Positions 39,274 through 49,540 of a DNA stretch of 64,000 nt are shown in pieces. This stretch comes from an uncultured Phycisphaerales bacterium. GTDB lineage: Bacteria > Planctomycetota > Phycisphaerae > Sedimentisphaerales > Anaerobacaceae. How positions within the stretch are numbered: position 1 is the first letter of the stretch; every line of letters starts with the position of its first letter. The notes below the pieces were generated by a model. The model worked only from the letters and a program-made list of their open reading frames with translations, was not told the origin of the DNA and searched no databases. The stretch covers positions 192,001 through 256,000 of the forward strand of contig OY970359.1 in assembly GCA_963718665.1 (NCBI GenBank). Reading direction: 5' to 3'. Both the position numbers and the translations under genes were made by a program.

Positions 39274-39669
39274 ATGAGCGAGCAATTTACGATACTGGTT
39301 GTCGAAGATGAGACGCATATCAGGAGGGTGCTGGAATACAACCTTAAGCTGGACGGCTTTGAGGTGTGTCTGGCCGAAGATGGCGCTATGGGCCTGAAAC
39401 TTGCGCATGAGAAAAACCCGGATGTAATACTGCTTGACTGGCTTATGCCTGTAATGAACGGAATGCAAGTTCTCGCGGAACTGAAGGCCGACAGCAGCAC
39501 CGAACACATCCCGGTCTTTATGCTTACCGCCAAGGGTATGATTAGCGACGTCACACAAGCGATTGAAATGGGCGCCGACGATTACATCACAAAGCCATTT
39601 AACCCAATACAATTAGGCAAAACCATCAGGGAAAAACTTGAAAAATGCGCAAAAGCAAAAAAGAGCTGA
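39274..39669 (+). CDS. Single-domain response regulator
   Basis: VVEDE, LLDWLMP, MLTAK, YITKPF. Confidence 0.93.
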   Translation: MSEQFTILVVEDETHIRRVLEYNLKLDGFEVCLAEDGAMGLKLAHEKNPDVILLDWLMPVMNGMQVLAELKADSSTEHIPVFMLTAKGMISDVTQAIEMGADDYITKPFNPIQLGKTIREKLEKCAKAKKS

Positions 39670-39764
39670 AATCCGTTCTTTCGCCGGTTTTGCCGACGAA
39701 AAGAACCTGGCTTACGTTAATTACCTATGTTGCGGGGCAAATTTTTAATTTGGAGAGTAATGTT

Positions 39765-41943
39765 ATGAAAACGCGGGGAACCCAGCCGGCAACAAACTGG
39801 CTTCTGCTGTTATCCGTCATGATAAGTTTATCTTTGAGCGCACAAACATTGGCGACGGAGCAAAAAGAGGCAAAACAAGGAACCGATTTGACCGAGCTTT
39901 CAATAGAAGACCTGATGAATGTCGAGGTCGTGTCCACAGCGACGCTGACCAAGACCACACCTCGCCTTGTCCCTGCTGCAGTAACCACTATCACCGCCGA
40001 ACAGATTAAGGCCTCCGGCGCCCGCAGTTTGTATGAATTGCTCGATATTTATGTCCCCAACCTGCAGGTGATAAGCCATCACTGGGAATCAGACCACATG
40101 GGATTGCGAGGAATGATAGGCGACCGGGATGATAAATACCTGTTACTCGTCAATGGACGCGTTATGAATGAGCACACACACTATGGAGCACTGACCGAAC
40201 GCGACCTCGTAATGCTGCAGGACATTGATCATATCGACATCGTGCGAGGTCCGGGTTCCGCCCTTTACGGCCCCGGAGCAATATCGATGGTCATTAACAT
40301 AGTTACTTTTAACGCCAATACCTTCAAAGGCACGGAAGTTACAGGCCGGATGGGCGCTATCGAGGAGTTCTATTCAGGCGAAGTGAAACACAGTCATGCA
40401 TTCGACGACAATGACGGCGGCCTCTTCGTATATGCCGGCGGCGGCAAACAAGACGGCGCAAGTAAATATGATGCTCCAGAAGTTTTCCCATATACTTTCC
40501 CCGGCAGTTCCTATAACACCGGCGCAGGCGACCCATTTACAAAAACTCCTATATGTCGTGACGGGCAATCTGCCAACAACGAACCGCCGGCAAAACTGCA
40601 CATCGAGTTAACAAAAGGCGACTGGGATATCTGGGGACGTTACACCCGCGGCGGTCAGCAATTCCCCTGGGCTCCCGGCCTTCTTGCCCCATCACCAGTG
40701 GGGTATAACGTAACGCCTGTTACTAATAACTATTACAGTTATCAACAGATGACCGGCTTCATCGGGCATAAACAGGAACTCACAAAGGATATCGATATTG
40801 ACTACTCATTCAGCTATGACACGATTGATTTTTCGGAATACAGACAAAATTCAATGACCAATGACTATCGTGAAGATGAGTACCTCGGCAAGATATTATT
40901 GCAATGGACGCCCAACGAACAGCACAAGATTGCCTTTGGCTCCGAGCTATCCCACCGTGAACTGGGTTTACAGAATCCACTATCCGATATAGCCCCGATA
41001 AGCCAGACACTGGGTTCTATGCCGCGATGGTCAACAAATATGTATTCACTGCTGGGTGAATGGCAATGGAATATCAACAGCGAGTGGACAACATTCTTAG
41101 GGGGCAGAATGGATAAGCATACATATACCGACGCAATGTTATCGCCCCGTGCGGCGATTATTTACTCGCCGACCGAAAAAGACACTCTTAAGCTGATGTG
41201 GTCTCGCTCGGTGCGCAAACAACGAAGAAGAAATGAAACTACAAGCTATGAATGGCAACAGCACAAGCACCCCGGAAAAAGTCGATACCCTCGAATTTCG
41301 TTATGAAAGACAAGAAAATAAAAACTTCGACCTCGCCGCATCTATATTCATGCATTACAATTTCGAGCTCGTCTCGTGGGACGAAACCAATAAACAAAGT
41401 TCCGTCGTCGGGACACAGAAGGACTGGGGCGCCGAGCTTGAGGCCTCCTACCATACCGAAAAGACCAGTTTAACTCTATCGCACGGTTATACTAAACTGC
41501 TTGCATTTAGTCTTGTACCGGGCGCAAGCACTTATCAAACAGCCAAACCATACGGCTACGGCGACGACCTGGATAACTGGTCCAATAATATTACCAAACT
41601 AACGGCTCAACAAAAACTCGACGACAAATGGACTTTGAACGCATCATTCCGTATCTACTGGGGATTCCCCGGTACGAAGGATTATAATAAATATTATCCC
41701 ACTATCTACTCCGGCGGCGGCCAATTTATCGAAGATGGATGGGAAAAGGCATATCGAGGCGACTACTTCCTGAACCTCGGTCTGCAATATAAGCTGAACA
41801 ATAACCTGACCATAGGTATAACCGGTTACAACCTGCTGGGTATTTTTAATATAGACCTCAACAAACGCAATTACCTGGACAGCAACGGTGATTACCGCTG
41901 CGAGGCGCCGGCCATAGGCGTTTCTGTGGAATATAAATTTTAA
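39765..41943 (+). pseudogene. TonB-dependent receptor (plug and barrel), frameshifted near 41210-41232
   Basis: Signal peptide, LTELSIEDLMNVEV, plug motifs (LLLVNGR, IDIVRGPGSALYG); barrel continues in the +1 frame to C-terminal VEYKF. Confidence 0.88.
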
Positions 41944-41969
41944 CGACAGGATACCATAGGTATAAACTT

Positions 41970-42905
41970 ATGAATCGAGAAAAAACACATAACTTAAAGA
42001 GCAAGACCTCGCGGCCTGCGGCAGGAACAGGAGCCGGGCGAATAGCCGGACTATTTGTCCCCTGCCTCGTATTGCTGAGCTGTATAATGATATCCGATGT
42101 TTACCCGGAATCACAGTCGGCTCAGTATAAGGAATACGAGGTCAAAGCTGCCTTTATGTATAACTTCCTGAAGTTTGTTGACTGGCCCGAAGAAAAAACG
42201 GCAAAAACCGGCAACCAGATAACCATCGGTATCATCGGCCAGGACCCGTTTGGCGCCGCTGCCGATATCCTAAAAGACAAAAAAGTCGAAGAACGCAACG
42301 TTGTTTTAAAACGTATTAACAGCTTACAGCAGCTCAAAGACGCCGCAGAAAAAGACAAGGTGGAATTGACTGAAAAACTTAAAGCCCTGACCAAAAACCA
42401 TATCATATACAGAGACAATGACAACAAAATCGTCATAAAACCGGAGGATGAGTTTGGCGAGCTCAAAAATATAACCGACGCGGCCGCACGAGCTGCAAAA
42501 ATAGAAGAGCTTAAAAAACGGGGATATTTGCTCGCCGACCCGTCAAAGACGGAAGATATCAAGGCAGTAATCGAAACAATTGCCAATGGACAAATGGACG
42601 CTCTCAAAAAGTGCCATTTGCTGTTTATCTGCCAATCGGAGAGAAAAAACACCAGGGAGATAATTGACCTTTTAAAGAATAATGGCGTCCTGACTGTAGC
42701 CGACACGCAGGGATTTCTCGAGGATGGCGGTATCGTAAACTTCGTTATCGAAGACAACAAGGTTCGATTCGACATAAATCTGACCGCATCCGAAAAAGCC
42801 GGATTAAAAATCAGGTCTCAGCTCCTCCGTCTTGCTAAAAAAGTAATCAAAGATGGTTCTGAAGTAACGGGCCTCTCCGAAACCACACAGAAAGAGGCCA
42901 AATAA
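41970..42905 (+). CDS. YfiR/HmsC family periplasmic protein with internal insertion
   Basis: EYEVKAAFMYNFLKFVDWP, CHLLFI, GGIVNF, VRFDINL, GLKIRSQLLRLA. Confidence 0.9.
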   Translation: MNREKTHNLKSKTSRPAAGTGAGRIAGLFVPCLVLLSCIMISDVYPESQSAQYKEYEVKAAFMYNFLKFVDWPEEKTAKTGNQITIGIIGQDPFGAAADILKDKKVEERNVVLKRINSLQQLKDAAEKDKVELTEKLKALTKNHIIYRDNDNKIVIKPEDEFGELKNITDAAARAAKIEELKKRGYLLADPSKTEDIKAVIETIANGQMDALKKCHLLFICQSERKNTREIIDLLKNNGVLTVADTQGFLEDGGIVNFVIEDNKVRFDINLTASEKAGLKIRSQLLRLAKKVIKDGSEVTGLSETTQKEAK

Positions 42906-42907
42906 CC

Positions 42908-44518
42908 ATGCTGCTTATCCGGAATTTGGCCATTAAGCAAAAGCTGATTGTCATCGTTATGCTAACCTGCTTGTTGGCATTGATGGTGGTAGGCGGAGCA
43001 TTTGTGTTCTGGGAATGGCGAGGCCTGCGGAGCAACCTCGTTGAAAAGCTTTTTACCGAAGCACAAATCACCGCAGACAACTGCAAAGCCGCGTTGACAT
43101 TTGAAGACACAGCAGATGCGGAGAAAACCTTAAAAGCCCTCAAGGCCGATCCCTCAATCGTCTTCGGCTGTGTTTACAAGAAAAACGGAAATGTGTTCGT
43201 CAATTACGCAAGGACCAACACGGACAAAGAACATTTGACAATCCATGTTCAGCAGGCGGGTTATAGTTTCTCAGACAATCTATTGACCGTCTTTGAGCCA
43301 ATAGTGCTCGACAACGAGACAATAGGCACTGTATGCCTGCGTTCTGATCTAAGCCCTATGCACGCGGCGTTAAGACGCAACGCACAAAACACTGCTGCCG
43401 TTCTGTTTCTGGCTGTCATAGCCGCATATATTGTCTCAGCGCGACTGCAGCGTTTCATTTCAGGACCGATTCTCGGCCTGGCCAAACTCGCACAAAGCGT
43501 ATCAGAAAAGAAAGATTATTCCGCCAGGGCTCTCAAAAACAGCAATGACGAGGTCGGTCTGCTTATCGATTCATTCAATGAAATGCTTGAGCAAATACAG
43601 GAACGCGACTCAGAACTGGTCAAAGCCAAAGTAGAACTGGAGTTGCGAGTCCAGGAACGCACTTCCGAACTGACCACCGCCAATAAACAGCTCACCTCTG
43701 AAATAACAGAGCGAGAAAAAGCGGAACATAAACAGGTGGAACTGGTCAAGGAACTTGAGGGCGTCAACCAGGAGTTAAAAGATTTCGCCTATATCGCCAG
43801 CCACGACCTTAAAGCGCCTCTTCGAGCGATAAAGACGCTCGCGGACTGGATATCCACCGACTACGCCGACAAGCTCGACCAGGACGGCCAGGAGCAATTG
43901 AAGCTGCTCAGGCAACGAGTTGACAGGATGCACAATCTTATCGACGGCATTCTGCAATACTCCAGGGTAGGCCGTGTCCGTGAGAAACTTACCGATGTCG
44001 AGCTTAATAAGCTCCTGCCGGAAATCATAGATATGCTCGCCCCGCCGGCGAATATAAAGATTACCGTCGAATCGGACCTGCCGACGGTCAAATGCGAGGA
44101 AACACGCATTACACAGGTCTTCCAGAACCTGCTCAGCAACGCCGTGAAATATATGGACAAACCCGAAGGACATATAAAAGTGCTTTGCTCCGAAGACGGC
44201 GAATACTGGAGATTCGGCATCGCAGACAACGGCCCAGGTATCGAGAAGAAACACTGGGAACGCATCTTCAAGATATTCCAGACCCTTGCGCCGCGTGATG
44301 AATTCGAAAGCACAGGTATCGGACTTACGGTCGTGAAGAAAATAGTAGAGCTTTACGGCGGCAAAATCTGGCTCGAATCCGAGGTCGGCAAGGGAACAAC
44401 GTTCCTGTTCACCTTCCCCAAAGCCGGCGCTCCTGAGCCGCCTCCGGAAGAAGATACTGTCGAAGTCGGCGCAGAGGAGAACTCTGATGGCAGCGAAGGC
44501 CAGAACAATGAGGGCTGA
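42908..44518 (+). CDS. Membrane sensor histidine kinase (periplasmic CHASE-like, HAMP, HisKA, HATPase)
   Basis: Two TM helices, NDEVGLLIDSFNEML HAMP, H-box ASHDLKAPL, DNGPGI, GIGL. Confidence 0.93.
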   Translation: MLLIRNLAIKQKLIVIVMLTCLLALMVVGGAFVFWEWRGLRSNLVEKLFTEAQITADNCKAALTFEDTADAEKTLKALKADPSIVFGCVYKKNGNVFVNYARTNTDKEHLTIHVQQAGYSFSDNLLTVFEPIVLDNETIGTVCLRSDLSPMHAALRRNAQNTAAVLFLAVIAAYIVSARLQRFISGPILGLAKLAQSVSEKKDYSARALKNSNDEVGLLIDSFNEMLEQIQERDSELVKAKVELELRVQERTSELTTANKQLTSEITEREKAEHKQVELVKELEGVNQELKDFAYIASHDLKAPLRAIKTLADWISTDYADKLDQDGQEQLKLLRQRVDRMHNLIDGILQYSRVGRVREKLTDVELNKLLPEIIDMLAPPANIKITVESDLPTVKCEETRITQVFQNLLSNAVKYMDKPEGHIKVLCSEDGEYWRFGIADNGPGIEKKHWERIFKIFQTLAPRDEFESTGIGLTVVKKIVELYGGKIWLESEVGKGTTFLFTFPKAGAPEPPPEEDTVEVGAEENSDGSEGQNNEG

Positions 44519-44520
44519 AA

Positions 44521-44574
44521 ATGAAAAACTACAAACCAACATTGTTAGTTGAAGATGACAGCGTAGATGCAATG
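44521..44574 (+). pseudogene. Truncated response-regulator remnant (first 18 codons)
   Basis: MKNYKPTLLVEDDSVDAM matches the N-termini of the downstream regulators (e.g. MRDCKPILLLEDDTVDAM), then similarity stops. Confidence 0.75.
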
Positions 44575-44630
44575 AAGGCACATTATCTGATAATCATGCG
44601 AGCTTCGGCACAAAATGGAGGAAAGGCAAT

Positions 44631-46502
44631 ATGTTGGATACCGTAGCCGTTCCGGAACAGTTTGAGCCGATTTTCCGGAAAGCTCAAGAGTATGTGAGCA
44701 CTTACTTCAGTCAAAAGAAGGAAGACGCCTCAACGGGTACGATAGAGGTATTCGGCCAGAGGTATATTCTTATCAGAGCGGCCTCGATGTCGGTGGATTT
44801 CTTCGACACCATAAAGGGTATGTTCAAGGACTGGGGAGAGGAGAATGCATCAGAAATGGCGAGGACCCTTCTTTTTGACGTTGCACACGCCATCGGAAAG
44901 ATGGACGCCAGGAACTTCCATCAACGAATGGGTCTGCAGGACCCCATAGAGAAGCTTTCCACAGGGCCAATTCATTTTTCTTATACAGGATGGGCTTTTG
45001 TTGACATATCAGCTGAGTCAAAACCAACAACGGACGAGAACTACTATCTTATATATGATCACCCATTTTCGTTTGAAGCCGATGCGTGGGAAAAGAGCGG
45101 CAAAAAGAGCAATTCCTGCGTCTGTACTATGAATGCCGGATATTCATCCGGATGGTGTGAGGAGAGCTTTGGAATTCCGCTGGTTGCCTCTGAGATAATG
45201 TGTAAAGCCAAGGGTGATAGCGCCTGCCGGTTCATTATGGCACATCCCTCCAGGATAACACAGTACCTTCAGGCATATCTGCACAGCCATCCGGAAATAC
45301 CCGACGATGCAATGCTCTATAGAACAGGCGGATTTTTTCAAGATTTCAAGCAGGCACAAGAAACTCTGCGAAAGAGTGAGGAGCGATTTAGAACCGTCTT
45401 TGAGAATACCGTCGTCGGCCTGTACAGAACGACACCCGACGGCCGAATACTGCTGGCAAACCCGGCGCTGGTGAAAATGATGGGGTACCAGTCCTTCGAG
45501 GAGCTGGCACAACTCAACCTCGAAAAAGAAGGTATCGACCCATCCACGCCCCGCTCGGTGTTTAAGGAACGCATCGAAAAAAAGGGCAGCGTCGTTGGGC
45601 TTGAGTCCGTCTGGATAAGACGCGACGGCACCAAACTGTTCGTCTCCGAAAGCGCATCCGCCGTAAGAGACGGCAACGGCAATATTCTTTATTATGAGGG
45701 CACCGCCGAGGACATCACAGAGCACAAAAAAACCAAGAAGGCACTCGATAAACTCAACCAGAACCTTCAGTCGGCAATTGACGAGCTCAGCCGGTCGAAC
45801 AAGCAGCTTCATGATTTTGTCCACGTTGCCGCCCATGACCTGAAAACACCGGTTCGCGGAATCGGCACCCTCGCGGACTGGATTATCACCGACTATGGCG
45901 ACAAACTCGACAACCAGGGCCGCGAACAGGTACGCCTGCTCAAAGCCAGGGTCGTCCGAATCGACAAGCTAATCGATGGAATGCTTCAATTCTCGAAAAT
46001 CGTTCGCACAAAGCACAAAGAGCGGCAGGTCAATCTAAATACCGTGCTGTCCGACATTACAGGCACGATACCATCATCCGACCACGTCGAAATAGCCGTG
46101 GACAGTATGCCCGCTATAACCTGCGAACGCGAACATATTGAACTTATCTTCCAGAATCTTCTGACAAACGCGGTAACCTTTATGGATAAAACGAATGGTA
46201 ATGTGAAGGTCAGCTGCGTCGAACAGGGAGATTTCTGGAAGTTCTATGTCAGTGACAACGGGCCTGGCATTGAGCAGAAGTATTTCGAAAAAATCTTCAG
46301 GATATTCCAGACGCTGCCCAAAAATGATGAGTCGGAAACCACTGGGATAGGCCTGGCAATTGCAAAGAAAATAGTCGAACTCTATGGCGGAAAAATATGG
46401 GTGGAATCACAGCCCGGTTCCGGCAGCACATTCTATTTCACGTTCCCCAGAACCCTTGAGGACACATCATATGCAGCCACTAAAACCAGTACTGCTTGTT
46501 GA
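44631..46502 (+). CDS. Cytoplasmic V4R-PAS histidine kinase
   Basis: V4R-like region (CVCTMNAGYSSGW, EIMCKAKGDSACRF), PAS/PAC, H-box AAHDLKTPV, HATPase. Confidence 0.9.
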   Translation: MLDTVAVPEQFEPIFRKAQEYVSTYFSQKKEDASTGTIEVFGQRYILIRAASMSVDFFDTIKGMFKDWGEENASEMARTLLFDVAHAIGKMDARNFHQRMGLQDPIEKLSTGPIHFSYTGWAFVDISAESKPTTDENYYLIYDHPFSFEADAWEKSGKKSNSCVCTMNAGYSSGWCEESFGIPLVASEIMCKAKGDSACRFIMAHPSRITQYLQAYLHSHPEIPDDAMLYRTGGFFQDFKQAQETLRKSEERFRTVFENTVVGLYRTTPDGRILLANPALVKMMGYQSFEELAQLNLEKEGIDPSTPRSVFKERIEKKGSVVGLESVWIRRDGTKLFVSESASAVRDGNGNILYYEGTAEDITEHKKTKKALDKLNQNLQSAIDELSRSNKQLHDFVHVAAHDLKTPVRGIGTLADWIITDYGDKLDNQGREQVRLLKARVVRIDKLIDGMLQFSKIVRTKHKERQVNLNTVLSDITGTIPSSDHVEIAVDSMPAITCEREHIELIFQNLLTNAVTFMDKTNGNVKVSCVEQGDFWKFYVSDNGPGIEQKYFEKIFRIFQTLPKNDESETTGIGLAIAKKIVELYGGKIWVESQPGSGSTFYFTFPRTLEDTSYAATKTSTAC

Positions 46503-46932
46503 AGACGATAACGTTGACGCTATGACAGTCAAACGGGCGATGCGAGACCTGCACGTCGGGTACTCCGTGATGCATTCTGTCAACAGTGAAGAGGCAATGG
46601 AATATCTGACTAACCCCGACAATGAAAAACCCTTTGTTATTCTGCTGGACCTCAATATGCCCAAAATGAGCGGTATTGAGTTTTTGAAGGTAATTAAAGC
46701 GCATCACGAGCTCAAAACCATACCGATTGTTGTGCTGACAACATCAAAGGAAAAACGGGACGTTCTCGAAAGCTTCGAACTCGGCGCCGCGGGATATATG
46801 GTTAAGCCCGTGGATTACTCAAAATTCGTGGAAATCCTCGGCAAAATAATAACGTACTGGAGCACAAGTGAACTGCCTAAACCCGAACTTATGACTGCCG
46901 AGATACATCGTAAACTTAACGCTCCTTTTTGA
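46471..46932 (+). CDS. Rcp1-like single-domain response regulator
   Basis: LLVEDD, LLDLNMP, LTTS, KPVD, YW. Confidence 0.93.
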   Translation: MQPLKPVLLVEDDNVDAMTVKRAMRDLHVGYSVMHSVNSEEAMEYLTNPDNEKPFVILLDLNMPKMSGIEFLKVIKAHHELKTIPIVVLTTSKEKRDVLESFELGAAGYMVKPVDYSKFVEILGKIITYWSTSELPKPELMTAEIHRKLNAPF

Positions 46933-46970
46933 GCAAAAAAGTCGGACAACTTGAAATTGCCGGATAAAAA

Positions 46971-48266
46971 ATGGAAACAGAACTAATCAAAAATACGCAG
47001 ACGATTGCAGCGGAAAACACTGCTCCCGACAGCTGTCAGCATCAGGAACAGCAAACAAGAGAGCAGTTGTTAAGCTGCATAAGGTCTTTGCGAGCCCGCA
47101 TTGGCGGCCTAGAACGGCTCGAAAGCGAGCACGAACGCGTAGAGCAAGCGCTCATCAAGGCGCTGCGGGAATGGGAGGAGACATTCAACGCGACACGAGA
47201 CCCGATTATGCTCGTGGATAAAGAATTCCAAATCGTGCAGGCCAACCATTCCGCATCGCGATTTTTCGGTAAACCGTTCGGCACGCTGCTTGGGCAAACC
47301 ACCCACAAATTGCTTTATGAAACAGAACTGCCGCCGGACAATTGTCCTTTAAAAATTGCCAGGCAAACCAACAAACACGAGGAAGCGGAATTATACCTGC
47401 CTCAGAAAAACGTATGGGTTGTTGCTTCTGCGGACCCGGTAATGGACGATGACGGAGATACCGCTTATTTTGTCTATATATTCAGGGATATTACCTACCG
47501 CAAAAAATCCGAGGAGACCCTTGCGAAACTAAATCAGAACCTCAGCAAAACCGTCAGGGATTTAGAGGCCTCAAACCAGGAGCACCGCAATTTCGCTCAC
47601 GTTATAGCTCACGACCTCAAGTCGCCCCTGCGAGGTATCGGCTCAGTAGCCGACCGCCTGATTAGAAACTACTCTGACAAACTTGACAAGGAAGGCGCCG
47701 ACCAGCTCCGGCTGCTTATTATCAGGGCCAAGCGAATGAGTGATTTCATCGACGGCATTTTACGATATGCCGAAATCGGATACGTTTGTGAGGAACGGCA
47801 TAACGTGGACGTAAACGCCCTGATGTCGGAAATAATCGGGGAAATAGTAATCCCGGATAATATCGAAGTCGTTATTGAACCAAATATGCCTATCGTGTTC
47901 GCCGAACGGCTGCGGCTCAAACAGGTATTACAGAACCTTTTGAGCAACGCCGTTAAATACATCAACAAGCCAAAAGGGCTGATAAAAATCGGCTGCACCG
48001 AAGAAAGCAATTTCTGGAAATTCAGCGTCGCGGACAACGGGTGCGGAATCAATGAAAAATACTTCGAAAAAATATTCGAGATATTTCAAACGCTCGTGCC
48101 ACGCGATAAAAAGGAAAGCACCGGCATCGGGCTTACCATAGTAAAAAAAATCGTGGAACTATATGGCGGCAAAGTATGGGTAACATCCAAAATCGGCGAA
48201 GGTAGCACGTTTTTATTTACTCTGCCTAAAACCATTAATCAGGGAGACGAAAAATGCCATTGCTAA
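46971..48266 (+). CDS. PAS histidine kinase
   Basis: EWEETFNA PAS start, IAHDLKSPL, DNGCGI, GIGL. Confidence 0.92.
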   Translation: METELIKNTQTIAAENTAPDSCQHQEQQTREQLLSCIRSLRARIGGLERLESEHERVEQALIKALREWEETFNATRDPIMLVDKEFQIVQANHSASRFFGKPFGTLLGQTTHKLLYETELPPDNCPLKIARQTNKHEEAELYLPQKNVWVVASADPVMDDDGDTAYFVYIFRDITYRKKSEETLAKLNQNLSKTVRDLEASNQEHRNFAHVIAHDLKSPLRGIGSVADRLIRNYSDKLDKEGADQLRLLIIRAKRMSDFIDGILRYAEIGYVCEERHNVDVNALMSEIIGEIVIPDNIEVVIEPNMPIVFAERLRLKQVLQNLLSNAVKYINKPKGLIKIGCTEESNFWKFSVADNGCGINEKYFEKIFEIFQTLVPRDKKESTGIGLTIVKKIVELYGGKVWVTSKIGEGSTFLFTLPKTINQGDEKCHC

Positions 48267-48697
48267 AACCAATACTGCTTGTTGAAGATGACATGGTGGA
48301 CGCAGCCACCTCAAAACAAGCCCTGCAGGATATCAGGGTAAAGAATCCCGTCATTCACAAAATGGACGGTGAAGAAGCCCTCGAATATCTCAGGGACCCG
48401 AGCAACGACAGGCCGGCGTTCATACTGCTGGACCTCAATATGCCCAGGTTGAACGGAGTCGAGCTGCTCCAGATTATGAAGGCCGACGTCGAGCTTCAGC
48501 ATATACCTGTGGTTGCGCTGACGGTTTCGAAATATGAGCAGGACAAGCTCGACACATTCAACTTTGGCGTAGCAGGATATGTAATAAAAGAGGTTGATTA
48601 CGACGCTTTCCTGCGGTCTATGGACATTATTATTCAATACTGGGCCTGGAACGGGCTTGTAGAAAAAGAAAGGGAGACAGATAATGCGAGATTGTAA
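48254..48697 (+). CDS. Rcp1-like single-domain response regulator
   Basis: LLVEDD, LLDLNMP, LTVS, KEVD (Pro after the conserved Lys replaced). Confidence 0.92.
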   Translation: MPLLKPILLVEDDMVDAATSKQALQDIRVKNPVIHKMDGEEALEYLRDPSNDRPAFILLDLNMPRLNGVELLQIMKADVELQHIPVVALTVSKYEQDKLDTFNFGVAGYVIKEVDYDAFLRSMDIIIQYWAWNGLVEKERETDNARL

Positions 48698-49148
48698 ACC
48701 TATCTTACTGCTTGAAGATGACACTGTTGACGCAATGACCGTCAAAAGGGCATTGAAGGACCTCAAAGTCACAAATCCGCTGGTACGGGTTGCCAACGGC
48801 GAAGAGGCCCTTGTTTACCTTAGAGACGAAACCAAACCCAAACCTTGCGTCATCCTGCTCGACCTCAATATGCCCAAGATGAACGGCATAGAATTCCTCA
48901 AGGTCGCCAAAGCCGATGACAAGCTCAGGAGAATCCCCGCGATAGTGCTGACCACCTCGAAAGACGACCAGGACAGATTCATAACCTTCCAGCTCAGCAT
49001 CGCCGGCTTTATCGTCAAACCCGTGGACTATATCAAATTCGTTGAGGCAATGAAAATCGTCAACTTGTACTGGACTCTTAGTGAACTGCCAAACACCGAA
49101 CAGGAGAACGTCGATGCGAAGCTCACGACCGATACTGCTTGTCGATGA
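48684..49148 (+). CDS. Rcp1-like single-domain response regulator
   Basis: LLLEDD, LLDLNMP, LTTS, KPVD, YW. Confidence 0.93.
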   Translation: MRDCKPILLLEDDTVDAMTVKRALKDLKVTNPLVRVANGEEALVYLRDETKPKPCVILLDLNMPKMNGIEFLKVAKADDKLRRIPAIVLTTSKDDQDRFITFQLSIAGFIVKPVDYIKFVEAMKIVNLYWTLSELPNTEQENVDAKLTTDTACR

Positions 49149-49536
49149 TGATAATGCCGAGATGATGACGGTAAAGCGGGCATTGAGCGAGCTCAATGTT
49201 CATAATGAGCTTGTGCATCATCTCGATGGCGAAAATGCCCTGAATTATCTCAGGGACGACGCCAACAGGAACCCCTGTGTCATTTTGCTTGACCTGAATA
49301 TGCCTAAAATGAAAGGTGTTGATTTTCTTGCCGCCGTCAAAGCGGACGCGGAATTGAAGCAAATACCCGTGATTATCCTCACCGTTTCCAACGACGAAGA
49401 CGACAAGATAAAATGTTTTGAGTTGTGCGCAGCCGGCTACATTGTAAAACCAGCCACTTACGAAGAGTTCATCAAAGCGATGGATACACTCGACGCATAC
49501 TGGACTCTAAGCGAACTGCCCTTCCCGGACGCATAA
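49114..49536 (+). CDS. Rcp1-like single-domain response regulator
   Basis: LLVDDD, LLDLNMP, LTVS, KP, YW. Confidence 0.92.
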   Translation: MRSSRPILLVDDDNAEMMTVKRALSELNVHNELVHHLDGENALNYLRDDANRNPCVILLDLNMPKMKGVDFLAAVKADAELKQIPVIILTVSNDEDDKIKCFELCAAGYIVKPATYEEFIKAMDTLDAYWTLSELPFPDA

Positions 49537-49540
49537 ACCT

